A stretch of 61,860 nt of DNA from an uncultured archaeon (GTDB lineage: Archaea > Halobacteriota > Archaeoglobi > Archaeoglobales > Archaeoglobaceae), in NCBI GenBank assembly GCA_964462505.1, contig CAYWXE010000001.1:1-61860 (forward strand), read 5' to 3'. Shown in pieces: positions 1 to 9,323 of this stretch. The notes beneath the pieces were generated by a model. The model was not told where the DNA came from. It searched no databases and saw only the letters and a program-made list of their open reading frames with translations. The translations under genes were made by a program, and so were the position numbers. Position 1 is the first letter of the stretch. Each line of letters begins with the position of its first letter.

Positions 1-72
1 GATTGAAAGGTTGGGTTTGTGGTGCAAAATCGACTAAGGTCGTTTATGGCTCGATGAAAAGAGGATTGAAAG
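1..72 (+). CRISPR. Probable trailer end of a CRISPR array: last 9 nt of one repeat (1-9), a ~33-nt spacer (10-42), and a possibly degenerate terminal repeat (43-72).
   Basis: GATTGAAAG occurs at 1-9 and again at 64-72, a 63-nt period. ATTGAAAG is the usual 3' end of archaeal type I/III repeats. Only one period is visible, so support is limited. Confidence 0.4.
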
Positions 73-95
73 ACAAATACTTTCTATTCTATCAT

Positions 96-515
96 TTATA
101 AAAGACTCTCAAGCCACCTTATGTAACTTTCAGGCAATCCGTGGGATCTAGCCCCTCTTATAATCCTTTCTATACAAGACTTATCTGGAGGAATTCCATC
201 TAAAACCTTCTTGCCTATATAAGTCCAAGCTTCAACTTCTCTTCCATTGACAACGACTTTAACTTTAACCCTCTCGTATCTCGGACTTATTCTGTCCAAC
301 TTGTTTAAATCTCTCTCGTCTACTTCATAAACAACACCCCATACACCCTTCCCACCTTTTCTTATGTTTGGATTTCCAGTTCCGAATTCGGATAAGACGT
401 TAAACGTGAGTTCGTAATCTGGCAAAAATGCAACTCTTGCAGTTCTAACTTTGCTCTTCAAAATCCTACCAGCCTTTTCCAAATCCATAAGAGTTCCATA
501 TACAAATAAGAGCAT
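96..515 (-). CDS. Gamma-glutamylcyclotransferase-like protein (AIG2/GGACT family).
   Basis: 139 aa with N-terminal LFVYGTLM and a later YE..V / W.Y pattern typical of the GGCT fold. Confidence 0.7.
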   Translation of the reverse strand: MLLFVYGTLMDLEKAGRILKSKVRTARVAFLPDYELTFNVLSEFGTGNPNIRKGGKGVWGVVYEVDERDLNKLDRISPRYERVKVKVVVNGREVEAWTYIGKKVLDGIPPDKSCIERIIRGARSHGLPESYIRWLESLL

Positions 516-550
516 GATAGATGTTAGGAGCTATTATGTGATAAAGATTA

Positions 551-2035
551 CTATACAGCTATTCTTTCGTTTAAGAACTCTAAAACTCTTCTGTTCGCTT
601 TACCTATCACCCAATCTACAAACTTCATTACAAACCTCCTACTCATCTTTGGCATCTTTGCGATGTAATCCTTAGCTAAGCTCTTTAACCATTTCATGTT
701 GTGATTCCAGCATACAAGGAATAGCTCCCAGTGATAAGGCTTTAGATCTTCTGCTGATAGCCCTTTCTCACCTCTAAGCTTACCTATTGGGACAAAGAAC
801 AGTGGAACGATTAGGCTTTTGTAATACTTAATCCTATCTAAGAGCTCAATTGTCTTAACTATATCCTCTTCAGTTTCTTTCGGAAATCCGATTATAAGAG
901 TTGCACATGGAATCCAATGGTTATCACTACAAATTCCAAAAGCCTGTTCAACCACATCACACCACTCCTCAGCTTTAAAAGGTAAAGGCTTTCCAGGCAT
1001 GTATTCTTTTATTATCTTTGGACTTCCCGTCTCTATTCCAGTTTGTCCAGCAAGCCACTTGTGCTTTTCATTTGGAACGCCTACGATATCTGTGATCTCA
1101 GCTACAATTTCTGGAGCAGAAGCTACAGATGCCAGGGAGAAGTGACTGAAACCTGCACCTTCTGCTATCTTTAAAGTGGATTCGAACAGATTTATTACAG
1201 CTTCTCTATTGATTTTAACACCTTCGGCCTTATACCTAAGCACATCTTCAGCGTGAAACGTTATAAATTCGTTTCCACCCCTTACGTTAACTTCAACTTC
1301 TTTGAGTATGTGTTCTAGAGGTCTCGATCTGAGTTTTCTCAACGTGGGTATGCAGAACTTACAACCCCTTCCACATCCCCTCGCTATTTCAACTATTCCT
1401 CCTACTGTAGCTCCTCTTATTATCGGCATCTCATCGGGTTCAACTACCTCACCGTAAACGACTTCAGGAACTTCCTCTCCCTTTAAAATCCTTTCAAAAA
1501 GCTCTGGAACAACTCTTTCTCCCTCTCCTATCACTACTACATCAATACCGAGTTCCTCCCTAACCTTTTTATCTTCGAGTTGCCAAGCACCAGCCCCCCC
1601 TACAACGATTTTAACATCGAATTTCCTAAGTTTTTCTACCAACTCCCTAAACTTCCAAGTGTTATAAGATTCCTCTTTTATCAGCCCTTTATGTCCAGAA
1701 AAGGTAGTTGAAGCTGGCCCTAAGCCTAATGGATCGTTTGTTGTAATTCCGACGATTTTTGTACTATCGGTTATATACTTCTCGATGTTATCTGGCGGGA
1801 CTACTGCAATTTCTTCTCTTTTGAAACCATAATCCAACAAAGCAGCTTCTATCTTTCTCGTTCCATATGGGGCGAATTTTGCAAAACCGTTTTCAGTTGG
1901 AACTGGAGGACAGATAAATCTGAAGAATAAAAATGGCTTGAATAGTGATTTTGGAGCACAAGCCGTGAAACCCAAGAAGAGGGCTCCGTGATAGTTACTC
2001 ATCAGACACCTCTCAGCTGTAAGTAGAATTCTCAT
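551..2035 (-). CDS. Radical SAM protein with an N-terminal B12-binding-like domain.
   Basis: CxxxCxxC cluster motif (ARGCGRGCKFC), preceded by a Rossmann-like IVVGGAGAW segment. 494 aa. Confidence 0.8.
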   Translation of the reverse strand: MRILLTAERCLMSNYHGALFLGFTACAPKSLFKPFLFFRFICPPVPTENGFAKFAPYGTRKIEAALLDYGFKREEIAVVPPDNIEKYITDSTKIVGITTNDPLGLGPASTTFSGHKGLIKEESYNTWKFRELVEKLRKFDVKIVVGGAGAWQLEDKKVREELGIDVVVIGEGERVVPELFERILKGEEVPEVVYGEVVEPDEMPIIRGATVGGIVEIARGCGRGCKFCIPTLRKLRSRPLEHILKEVEVNVRGGNEFITFHAEDVLRYKAEGVKINREAVINLFESTLKIAEGAGFSHFSLASVASAPEIVAEITDIVGVPNEKHKWLAGQTGIETGSPKIIKEYMPGKPLPFKAEEWCDVVEQAFGICSDNHWIPCATLIIGFPKETEEDIVKTIELLDRIKYYKSLIVPLFFVPIGKLRGEKGLSAEDLKPYHWELFLVCWNHNMKWLKSLAKDYIAKMPKMSRRFVMKFVDWVIGKANRRVLEFLNERIAV

Positions 2036-2170
2036 AAGTTGTAGGAACTAAATAGTTCATATATATGTTTCGAATCATTCACAATTGCAAGGGTTATTGG
2101 TGTGGTTTTAACTACATTGTGGGGATATATCCATAAAACTTATTAATTAAAATAATTAAATTTTTTATAT

Positions 2171-2488
2171 CTATTCAAGGGTTTCCTCAAGTCTTTCAAA
2201 CTCCTTTAATATCTTTGATTTTATCTTCTTCAAAACTTCAACTGGGTTCTCAGCTTTGTATACGTATCCAAGCCAGCCCTTTTTCACAACTTCTTTCTTA
2301 ACTATACCCCTATTGCACAAATCCTTTAACCTATCTCTAACGAATCTCACTGAAAGGTTCAGCTCTTTTGCAATTTCACTGACTCTCATTTCTCCCTTTT
2401 CAAGTAGTAGTGAGTATATCCTTGCATCTGATGGTTTAAAGCTCAGGTCTTTCAGTATCTTGTCGAGATCTAAGATCACATTCCTCAT
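2171..2488 (-). CDS. Small TrmB-like winged-helix transcriptional regulator.
   Basis: 105 aa. The segment DARIYSLLLEKGEMRVSEIAKELNLSVRFVRDRLKDLCNRGIV matches the TrmB-type HTH. The gene is divergent from hsp20. Confidence 0.6.
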   Translation of the reverse strand: MRNVILDLDKILKDLSFKPSDARIYSLLLEKGEMRVSEIAKELNLSVRFVRDRLKDLCNRGIVKKEVVKKGWLGYVYKAENPVEVLKKIKSKILKEFERLEETLE

Positions 2489-2538
2489 TCGGTTTAGAAT
2501 TTGAAGTCTTAAGAATTAAGGTTTTTCTGTTCGATAGG

Positions 2539-2546
2539 TTTAAATA
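2539..2546 (+). promoter_or_regulatory. TATA-box candidate for hsp20.
   Basis: TTTAAATA lies ~24 nt upstream of the GTG start at 2570, implying a leaderless or very short-leader transcript. Confidence 0.3.
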
Positions 2547-2569
2547 AGTCTAGGCCTATCACTCGAGAG

Positions 2570-2998
2570 GTGGTGAACGTGATATTTGATCCATTTGAGG
2601 AGATAAAAAGACTGCAAGAGAGGTTAAATAGACTATTTGAGGAATTTGAAAGGTTTAGATTTCCAGAGAGGAGAATTGCAGAGATCCCACCGATAGACGT
2701 AATCGACGAAGGAGACAAGATAAAGATCTTAGCAGATCTACCGGGTTTCAAGAAGGAAGATATAGAGATCTACGTCGAGAAGGGTGATTTGGTTATAAAA
2801 GCTGAGAGAAGGGAAGAAGAGGAGTTAAAGGGAAAGGATTTCATAAAGAGAGAGAGGAGATATGGAAGGGTTTTCAGAAGGATTTCATTGCCATCAGAGG
2901 TTAAAGAAGAGGGAATAAAGGCAAGATACTCAAACGGTGTATTAGAGATTGAGGTACCCAAGATTGTTGGAGAGAAAAGGGTAATACCGATCGAGTAA
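2570..2998 (+). CDS. hsp20: Small heat-shock protein (Hsp20/alpha-crystallin family).
   Basis: 142 aa with an alpha-crystallin domain: DVIDEGDKIKILADLPGFKKEDIEIYV ... SNGVLEIEVPK. Confidence 0.9.
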   Translation: MVNVIFDPFEEIKRLQERLNRLFEEFERFRFPERRIAEIPPIDVIDEGDKIKILADLPGFKKEDIEIYVEKGDLVIKAERREEEELKGKDFIKRERRYGRVFRRISLPSEVKEEGIKARYSNGVLEIEVPKIVGEKRVIPIE

Positions 2999-3165
2999 TA
3001 GGTCTAAGAGAATTTATTTTTATATAAATTTTTATGACACAACAAGCTATAGATATTCAATAAATTCAATAAAATCAGAATTGATTCATCGACTTTTTAA
3101 CAGTATTACATCACAGAAGTTCTAATATCAGGATATCAGCTCTTTGACATCTCTTGCGAGTTCAT

Positions 3166-3723
3166 TTAACCTAGTTCTTTTAATTCTCTTTCCATTTCAT
3201 CAATCCTATGTAGTATTGAGTCGACGAGTAGTTGCTTAGCGATTCCTATGACGAATCCACTGAATTTTCTGAACAAGGTTTTAGTTATCTCTTCTAAGTT
3301 ATCTTTTCTTGCCTGTTCACCTAACTCTATAGGCATTAACCCCCAAGCTTTAGCCATTCTCTTTGCATCTTCTGTAAAAGCTCTTGCAACGACTATATAC
3401 ATGTTTAAACCGCAGTCAAGCCATCTCGTGATATACCTTTCAACAACATCTTTTCCAACTGTATTTTTCCAATTCTTACATTCTACACCGACTTTAAACG
3501 TTAAACCTTCTAAATCTTTTCGAGCTAAGACGTCTATTTCGTGTTTAACTCCACTTCTACCTCTAACTTTCTCTTTAGAGGCTTCAAATCCCAATTTACT
3601 AAAGACGTTGACTATACATTCCTCTAATGATTTTCCAATTTCTATTGTAGTTCGTTCTGGCATTTTTATCTCTCCTGTTAGAGGTTTTAATTTCTCTTCT
3701 TTCTCAATTTCCTCAATTTTCAA
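3166..3723 (-). CDS. Stand-alone PD-(D/E)xK restriction-endonuclease-like protein (Mrr-cat-like).
   Basis: The core HEIDVLA ... VGVECKNW fits the D...ExK nuclease motif. There is a C-terminal coiled extension. 185 aa. Confidence 0.55.
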   Translation of the reverse strand: MKIEEIEKEEKLKPLTGEIKMPERTTIEIGKSLEECIVNVFSKLGFEASKEKVRGRSGVKHEIDVLARKDLEGLTFKVGVECKNWKNTVGKDVVERYITRWLDCGLNMYIVVARAFTEDAKRMAKAWGLMPIELGEQARKDNLEEITKTLFRKFSGFVIGIAKQLLVDSILHRIDEMERELKELG

Positions 3724-3839
3724 GTTTTCGATGAATTCTTCTTCTAAAACCAGTGCTGGGAATATAAATGTGCTAAGTCCACCTTTATTAAAGATTTTTT
3801 ATCCATATATATAAAACGGAAAACAAATTCTTGCTTCTG

Positions 3840-4319
3840 TTAGTCTTTGATTTTCACTTCTTGTACGCTAAATCCACTTTGCTCAAATTCCCACGGAAGG
3901 ATATTCTGAATGCAGATAGAACCCTTTTCGGTTAAAGCTTTTATTGGATACGGTTTTGCCCTTAATCTTATCAATAGAAACTCTGTATAATTCGTCAAGT
4001 TTCACAATCTTTCGCCAAGAATTTTTAAGTTGGTTATAATACTCCTTTTCCAATTCGATTAAAACTGAAGTGTCTCCTCTAGATATTGAATTATCTACAA
4101 TTTAATCGATTATGTTCATAACTTCTGGAACTCTTTTCCACTGTAAAAGAACTTCATCACTAATGCTAAATCTCTTCTGCCAAATGACTCATAGTAATTG
4201 ATTTTAGATATACAACTCCCAAAATAGGTATACAGAATCCTTATATATGCTCCAATAGCTTTGTGCTCTTCACTGAGCCATTCCTCTTTAAACCAATTCA
4301 TGAATAGAATTCGATTCAA
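3840..4319 (-). pseudogene. Possible decayed gene: three minus-strand reading-frame fragments separated by a stop and a frameshift.
   Basis: A 67-aa ORF (4116-4319) is followed by protein-like frames without start codons (IVDNSISRGDTSVLIELEKEYYNQLKNSWRKIVKLDELY... then WEFEQSGFSVQEVKIKD*). No family was recognised. Confidence 0.25.
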
Positions 4320-4322
4320 TCG

Positions 4323-5045
4323 TTATAAAACTAATGATATCAAAAAAAGTAAGAGGTCTCCGATGAAAAAAGCGATTAAATAGCCTACAGTTATAAAGAG
4401 TAGGAATGGTAAGGCTGGAGTAACCCAAATCTTTTCGATGTTTTTCTTTTCAGCAAAATGTCTTAACCTCGCGAGGATTTCATCGTTAGGCTCAATACCC
4501 CTTCTAACCCTTATCAATCTTCCGTTTTCATCGAAGTATTCTAATAAGTTGTGAAACTTTGGAATCTCTTTTGCATTGACTCTGTAACCGATGAAGTAAT
4601 ACAGGAGATTTCCTCTAATTTTTAAACCCTCCTTAAAAATATTCCTGATAAATATCGTTAAGATCAAAGCGGGGGAACATATCACTGAATTCGCTAAAAC
4701 GGACAGTGCAAATACGAAACCGTTGTGAAGTATTGGGAATCCATTAAAATTCGGATAAAACGGAAATAAAACTGCCAAAACCATTATAGCTTTTGCATCG
4801 GCGCCACCAAAGGCGTTTAACCTATACAATGTATATGCCACTGTAACTACAGCTATTAACTGCACAACAGCGAAATCAACTCCATTAAATCCTCTCAGAT
4901 AAAACTCTGATACAACGAATGGAAATCCAATCAAAAGCGTATACTTCCAGACCCTGTTTGGGATAATCCTATCCCTTAAATCGAGTTTACTCGCGTAAAT
5001 AAGAAAACACAAAACAACGAGAAATTTCACTAAGTGTAACATCAT
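4323..5045 (-). CDS. A24-family prepilin/preflagellin peptidase (FlaK/PibD-like).
   Basis: Polytopic membrane protein with the two catalytic Asp motifs DLRDRIIPN and FGGADAKA. 240 aa. Confidence 0.8.
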   Translation of the reverse strand: MMLHLVKFLVVLCFLIYASKLDLRDRIIPNRVWKYTLLIGFPFVVSEFYLRGFNGVDFAVVQLIAVVTVAYTLYRLNAFGGADAKAIMVLAVLFPFYPNFNGFPILHNGFVFALSVLANSVICSPALILTIFIRNIFKEGLKIRGNLLYYFIGYRVNAKEIPKFHNLLEYFDENGRLIRVRRGIEPNDEILARLRHFAEKKNIEKIWVTPALPFLLFITVGYLIAFFIGDLLLFLISLVL

Positions 5046-6022
5046 GAGTTGTATATCTCTATTAAATCTGAGAGCATTGCGGTAGCGGTCTCTTTTCTTC
5101 CAGCACCTCTCCCCATAACTACTAAGTTTCCCGCTGTATCTGTTTTAATCATCAAAGCGTTCATAGTCCCCCTTATCGCAAGTGGATGGTTTATCGGAAT
5201 CAACCTTGGAGAAACCATTAGAACGTTCTCACTCGCTTCAGCTATTAGTCTGATGGTATATCCCCTCTTAGCAGCTATTTCAAACGCTTCAGGAGTTATT
5301 GATTCAATACCAATTCTCTCAACGTCTTCAAATCTGAAATCCCCCCTATAAATGGTATTTGCGAGTATTACAAGTTTGGCTGCAGCGTCTATCCCCTCTA
5401 TATCGTAACTCGGATTTGCTTCAGCTATTCCAAGTTCTTGAGCTTCACTCAACACTTGGTTAAACGGTAATCTCTCCTCCTCCATTCTTGAGAGTATGTA
5501 ATTGCAAGTTCCGTTTAGAATTCCCATTATCCTCTCTATTTCACATATAGCCAAGTAATCTTTGATTAATCTTATAACGGGCATAACTCCCCCAACTGTG
5601 GCCTCATACATCAACTTAACACCCCTCCTTTCGGCTAAATCCATCAATTCTTTAAAAGCTACAACTAAAGGTCCCTTGTTAGAAGTTACAACGTGACTAC
5701 TCTTTTTTAAAGCCGTTTTTATGTATCTCAACCCATCTCCTCCAGTTTTTATGTCTGTAATCGTTGCCTCAACTAAGACATCGTAATCCTCTTGTTCAAC
5801 TACTTCAATAGCATTCCTATCCTCTGGTAATCTACCAGTTCTCCTCTTGAATTCAATTGCATCTCTAAGCTTAAATTCGCCAGATATAGAACTCTTGGAA
5901 TCCGCTATTGCAATCACTTTAAACTTTCCTATTCTCTTCTCGATTTCATCCCTCTTTTCCATTATGAGTTCTAAAAAACCCTGTCCAACGTTCCCAAATC
6001 CTATAACAGCTATTCTTATCAT
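5042..6022 (-). CDS. hom: Homoserine dehydrogenase.
   Basis: N-terminal IAVIGFGNVGQG Rossmann motif; central SNKGP and MYEATVGGVMP motifs. 326 aa. Confidence 0.9.
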   Translation of the reverse strand: MIRIAVIGFGNVGQGFLELIMEKRDEIEKRIGKFKVIAIADSKSSISGEFKLRDAIEFKRRTGRLPEDRNAIEVVEQEDYDVLVEATITDIKTGGDGLRYIKTALKKSSHVVTSNKGPLVVAFKELMDLAERRGVKLMYEATVGGVMPVIRLIKDYLAICEIERIMGILNGTCNYILSRMEEERLPFNQVLSEAQELGIAEANPSYDIEGIDAAAKLVILANTIYRGDFRFEDVERIGIESITPEAFEIAAKRGYTIRLIAEASENVLMVSPRLIPINHPLAIRGTMNALMIKTDTAGNLVVMGRGAGRKETATAMLSDLIEIYNS

Positions 6023-6528
6023 AAAAACTCCTCTTCTATTGGCTCTATTACAACAATCCCTTTTTCTCTACAAATCCGCTTGAGCTTTGAAATGGCTTTA
6101 TTTAGCTCTTCTGAACTCTCAGCAGAAATCGTTACGATTGCAGTTGAAGGCTTTTTTACCTCTGGCATACATATGTGCAACTCAACAACCTCTGAATTTT
6201 CTGAATCAACTCTTTTGATTGTATCGCTTAGATCTGTGTGAATTATATGCCCTATTAGTAGAAGAGATGTCGTTTCGATTAATTTTACCTCGTTATAACT
6301 CCTCACGACTATTCCCAAGTTTCTTATCCTTTTTATAAGGTCTTCTACTTTTTTCTCATCTATTGTTAAGGCTATTTCGACTGGAACTCTATTTAACGGA
6401 GTTTTCCTTCCCCTCTGATGTACAATTCCAACTATGTTTCCTCCCATCTTTGATATCGGCTCTAAAACCCTCAGAAGTTGTCCAGGTTTGTCTTCTAATT
6501 CAACGACGAGTGTGAGCAACATACTCAA
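6019..6528 (-). CDS. ACT-domain amino-acid-binding protein.
   Basis: 169 aa. N-terminal [26 protein letters not shown] is an ACT signature. The gene is translationally coupled upstream of hom, as is common in archaea. Confidence 0.7.
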   Translation of the reverse strand: MSMLLTLVVELEDKPGQLLRVLEPISKMGGNIVGIVHQRGRKTPLNRVPVEIALTIDEKKVEDLIKRIRNLGIVVRSYNEVKLIETTSLLLIGHIIHTDLSDTIKRVDSENSEVVELHICMPEVKKPSTAIVTISAESSEELNKAISKLKRICREKGIVVIEPIEEEFL

Positions 6529-7406
6529 TCGTATATGGGAACTCCTTCAACCTCTGTAAGCTTTTTAAACTCTTCCATTAGTAACCTCGTTATCCTTCCA
6601 GGTTTTCCGTCGCCAATCTTTCTCCCATCTATCTCTACTATCGGTGCAATCTCTGCAGCGGTCCCAGTTACAAAGACTTCATCGGCTGTGTACAAATCGT
6701 ACAGACTTAAATTCGTCTCCTTAAAGGGAAGTCTAAGCTTTCTTATTATCTCTATTACGACTTCCCTCGTTATACCTTTCAGATTGTTAACAGTTGGGGG
6801 AGTCATTACTATGCCGTTTTTGACTATGAATATGTTATCTCCACTCCCCTCTGAGACGTAACCGTTCTTGTCCAAGAATATCGCTTCATCTCCCCCTTTA
6901 ACATTTGCTTCAATCTTTGCCAAGACGTTGTTCAAGTAGTTCAAGGATTTTATGTTTGGTGGAAGTGCGTCTATCGGATTTCTTCTAATACTCACCGTTA
7001 CAGCTTTCAATCCCCTCTCATATAAATCCCCGTAGAGTCTTCCCCACGGCTTTGTTATAACTATTACAGTGGGTTTTCCGCATTTCCTTGGATCTAAGCC
7101 CAAATCTCCTATACCTCTCGTAACAATCGGCCTTATGTATGCATCCCTCAGACCGTTAACCCTCAAAGTCTCTAAGATAACATTCATGAACTCCTCCTTG
7201 CTCATAGGTATTTCCAGCGCTATAGCTTTTGCGGAGTCGTATAGCCTGTCTATGTGCTCCTTAAGCTTAAAAACCCTCCCGTTGTATGCCCTTATACCTT
7301 CGAAAACGCCGTCTCCATATAGAAAACCGTGATCAAATATGCTTATCTTCGCCTCACTCTCTGGAACGAATTCGCCGTTGATATAGACTAATAGCTCTTT
7401 TGGCAT
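6525..7406 (-). CDS. ilvE: Branched-chain amino acid aminotransferase.
   Basis: [20 protein letters not shown] and the fold-type IV PLP enzyme pattern. 293 aa. Confidence 0.9.
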   Translation of the reverse strand: MPKELLVYINGEFVPESEAKISIFDHGFLYGDGVFEGIRAYNGRVFKLKEHIDRLYDSAKAIALEIPMSKEEFMNVILETLRVNGLRDAYIRPIVTRGIGDLGLDPRKCGKPTVIVITKPWGRLYGDLYERGLKAVTVSIRRNPIDALPPNIKSLNYLNNVLAKIEANVKGGDEAIFLDKNGYVSEGSGDNIFIVKNGIVMTPPTVNNLKGITREVVIEIIRKLRLPFKETNLSLYDLYTADEVFVTGTAAEIAPIVEIDGRKIGDGKPGRITRLLMEEFKKLTEVEGVPIYD

Positions 7407-7451
7407 AAAATGGGTAGTGTGTACAATATATAGGTTTTACTCGAAAAATGA

Positions 7452-8090
7452 TTACCTAAGACTAACGTTTAAGATTTGTATAATATCTGCTGAATCTTCT
7501 ATTAAATCACTTATGTTCAAGAGCTTTTCTATAAACCTTATGAACAGATACCACTCTGCAAAGTTTTCGAACTTCAAGAGCTTTATCTTCCTGTAAATTC
7601 TGCTCTTTATGCTGTCTACTTCCTCTTCAGAAATCTTTATCTTTAGAAGTATATCCTCAATCTCTGAATTCTTCTCTAATGATTCGAAAGCCTTCAACAG
7701 TAGCTTTCCCATTCTCACGTTTATCTCAGCAACTCTAACCAAATCTGGCAAGAGGTCATCGCTTATATCCCCGATCATTAGGTATAAAACCGCAACATCC
7801 TCAAGCTCATCTAAAACGTTGTCTATCGATTCCGCAAGCTTGTAAAAGTTCGGTCTTAGAACTGGGATAAATGCCCCCTCAAACAGTTTTAGTAGTGTTT
7901 CTCTTCTCAAAGCGTCTCCATATCGCTCAATCTCACAAACCTCTGGTACGATATCTCTATCTCCCTTTTCGATTGCTGTTTTGAAAATCTCACTCGCTTC
8001 AGCAATTAAGCTTATGTGTTCTCTAAACCTCTCTATAACTTCTCTTTCCTTTTCTCCTCCAAGCATGAACTTCTTTATCCTTTCAAACAT
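7452..8090 (-). CDS. DUF47/PhoU-like (TIGR00153-type) protein.
   Basis: Helical protein. The start was moved to the internal MFERIKKF, because the longer ORF would run into moaC. Confidence 0.65.
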   Translation of the reverse strand: MFERIKKFMLGGEKEREVIERFREHISLIAEASEIFKTAIEKGDRDIVPEVCEIERYGDALRRETLLKLFEGAFIPVLRPNFYKLAESIDNVLDELEDVAVLYLMIGDISDDLLPDLVRVAEINVRMGKLLLKAFESLEKNSEIEDILLKIKISEEEVDSIKSRIYRKIKLLKFENFAEWYLFIRFIEKLLNISDLIEDSADIIQILNVSLR

Positions 8091-8535
8091 CACTACCACC
8101 CTTGATCTTCTCAACAACTCTTATGTATTCAATTGAAGTGTGTGGATAGTTACCGCTTTCGTCTTTCTCAAGCGATTTTACCATATCCCATACCGTTAGC
8201 AGAGCCGTAGTTACTCCCGTTAAAGCTTCCATTTCTACACCAGTCTTGCTTAAAGCCTTAACTGTACACACAACCCTTATACCATTCTGCTCGAATATAA
8301 AGTCGAGTTTGACAGATGTAATCGGAATTGGATGACACATCGGGATTAGTTCGGGTGTTTTTTTAACTGCTAAAATCGCAGCAACGTTAGCGGTGTTTAT
8401 CACATCTCCTTTAGGAATGTTGTTGGATTTAATAGCTTCTATCGTTTCGGACTTTAATCTTATAAATCCTTCAGCAGTAGCAATTCTTATGACATCTCCC
8501 TTTTCAGATATATCCACCATTTTTGCGAGTTGCAT
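8083..8535 (-). CDS. moaC: Cyclic pyranopterin monophosphate synthase MoaC.
   Basis: MVDISEK ... ELIPMCHPI ... TGVEMEALT are MoaC family signatures. 150 aa. Confidence 0.9.
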   Translation of the reverse strand: MQLAKMVDISEKGDVIRIATAEGFIRLKSETIEAIKSNNIPKGDVINTANVAAILAVKKTPELIPMCHPIPITSVKLDFIFEQNGIRVVCTVKALSKTGVEMEALTGVTTALLTVWDMVKSLEKDESGNYPHTSIEYIRVVEKIKGGSDV

Positions 8536-8585
8536 GAAATCTGTTCAATGGAAAAACTATATACATTTCCTCAAGAACGATTGAC

Positions 8586-9122
8586 ATGAATGCGTTAATC
8601 GTTATAGATATGCAGAAAGATTTTTGTTATAAAAATGGTTCATTGTACGTCAATGGTGTGGAAAGGATATTTGAACCGACTAGAAGAGTTATAGAAACTG
8701 CAAGAAGAGCTATGCCAGTTATTTTCACTCAGGATTGGCATAGAGTCGATGATTCCGAGTTCAAAATCTGGCCAAAGCACTGCATAATGAATACATGGGG
8801 TGCTGAAGTAATAGACGAGCTAAAGCCAAGAGAAGAAGACTACTTCGTTAAGAAGAGGAGGTATTCCGCATTCTACTGTACGGATTTAGATTTACTCTTA
8901 AGGGAATTAGATGTTAAAAGGATATACCTATGCGGTGTTGTCACAAACATATGCGTTCTTCACACAGCTGGAGATGCCGTACTCAGAGGTTATGAGGTTT
9001 CAGTTATAAGGGATTGCACTGCCGCTTTGAGTGACTACGAATACGAATACGGTATTAGACATATGGAGAACGTGTTTAAGGCTGAGATCATAACTTCAGA
9101 TGAGTTCTTAAAGAGATTTTAG
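8586..9122 (+). CDS. pncA: Isochorismatase-family hydrolase, probably a nicotinamidase.
   Basis: ALIVIDMQKDFC, DWH, and the catalytic Cys context VTNICVLHTA. 178 aa. Confidence 0.75.
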   Translation: MNALIVIDMQKDFCYKNGSLYVNGVERIFEPTRRVIETARRAMPVIFTQDWHRVDDSEFKIWPKHCIMNTWGAEVIDELKPREEDYFVKKRRYSAFYCTDLDLLLRELDVKRIYLCGVVTNICVLHTAGDAVLRGYEVSVIRDCTAALSDYEYEYGIRHMENVFKAEIITSDEFLKRF

Positions 9123-9243
9123 TTGCTATAAACGTCAAAAGAGATAGTATGAGGGCTAAGAGTATGCTGTAATAAATGTTAACACCTATGATTTGAAGAA
9201 TTAATAGGATTATGAAGAAGGTCGAAACGACTACTGAACTCAT
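9088..9243 (-). CDS. Doubtful small two-TM membrane ORF.
   Basis: The hydrophobic 51-aa core was kept only from the internal Met. The first 18 codons of the 69-aa track ORF coincide with the C/D sRNA, and the ORF overlaps the pncA 3' end. Confidence 0.2.
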   Translation of the reverse strand: MSSVVVSTFFIILLILQIIGVNIYYSILLALILSLLTFIATKISLRTHLKL

Positions 9244-9274
9244 TGAAATCTTGTAAGCTGTGGTTTTAATAGCC

Positions 9275-9323
9275 TCAGATCGGCTCTCTTTCATCATGTA
9301 TCAGCTCGCCCATCAGTCATCAT
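9275..9323 (-). ncRNA. C/D-box sRNA (2'-O-methylation guide).
   Basis: The minus strand reads ATGATGA(C)-CTGATGGGCGAG(12 nt)-CTGA(D')-TAC-ATGATGA(C')-AAGAGAGCCGAT(12 nt)-CTGA(D). GCC/GGC flanks could form a terminal stem. A TTTTTTAAA TATA-like box at 9348-9356 lies 24 nt upstream. Confidence 0.65.

Noticed and set aside
2551-2558. The palindrome TAGGCCTA between the hsp20 TATA box and start codon, considered as an operator.
   Set aside because: An 8-bp palindrome in an 80-bp spacer has roughly a one-in-three chance expectation. It does not extend into the flanks.
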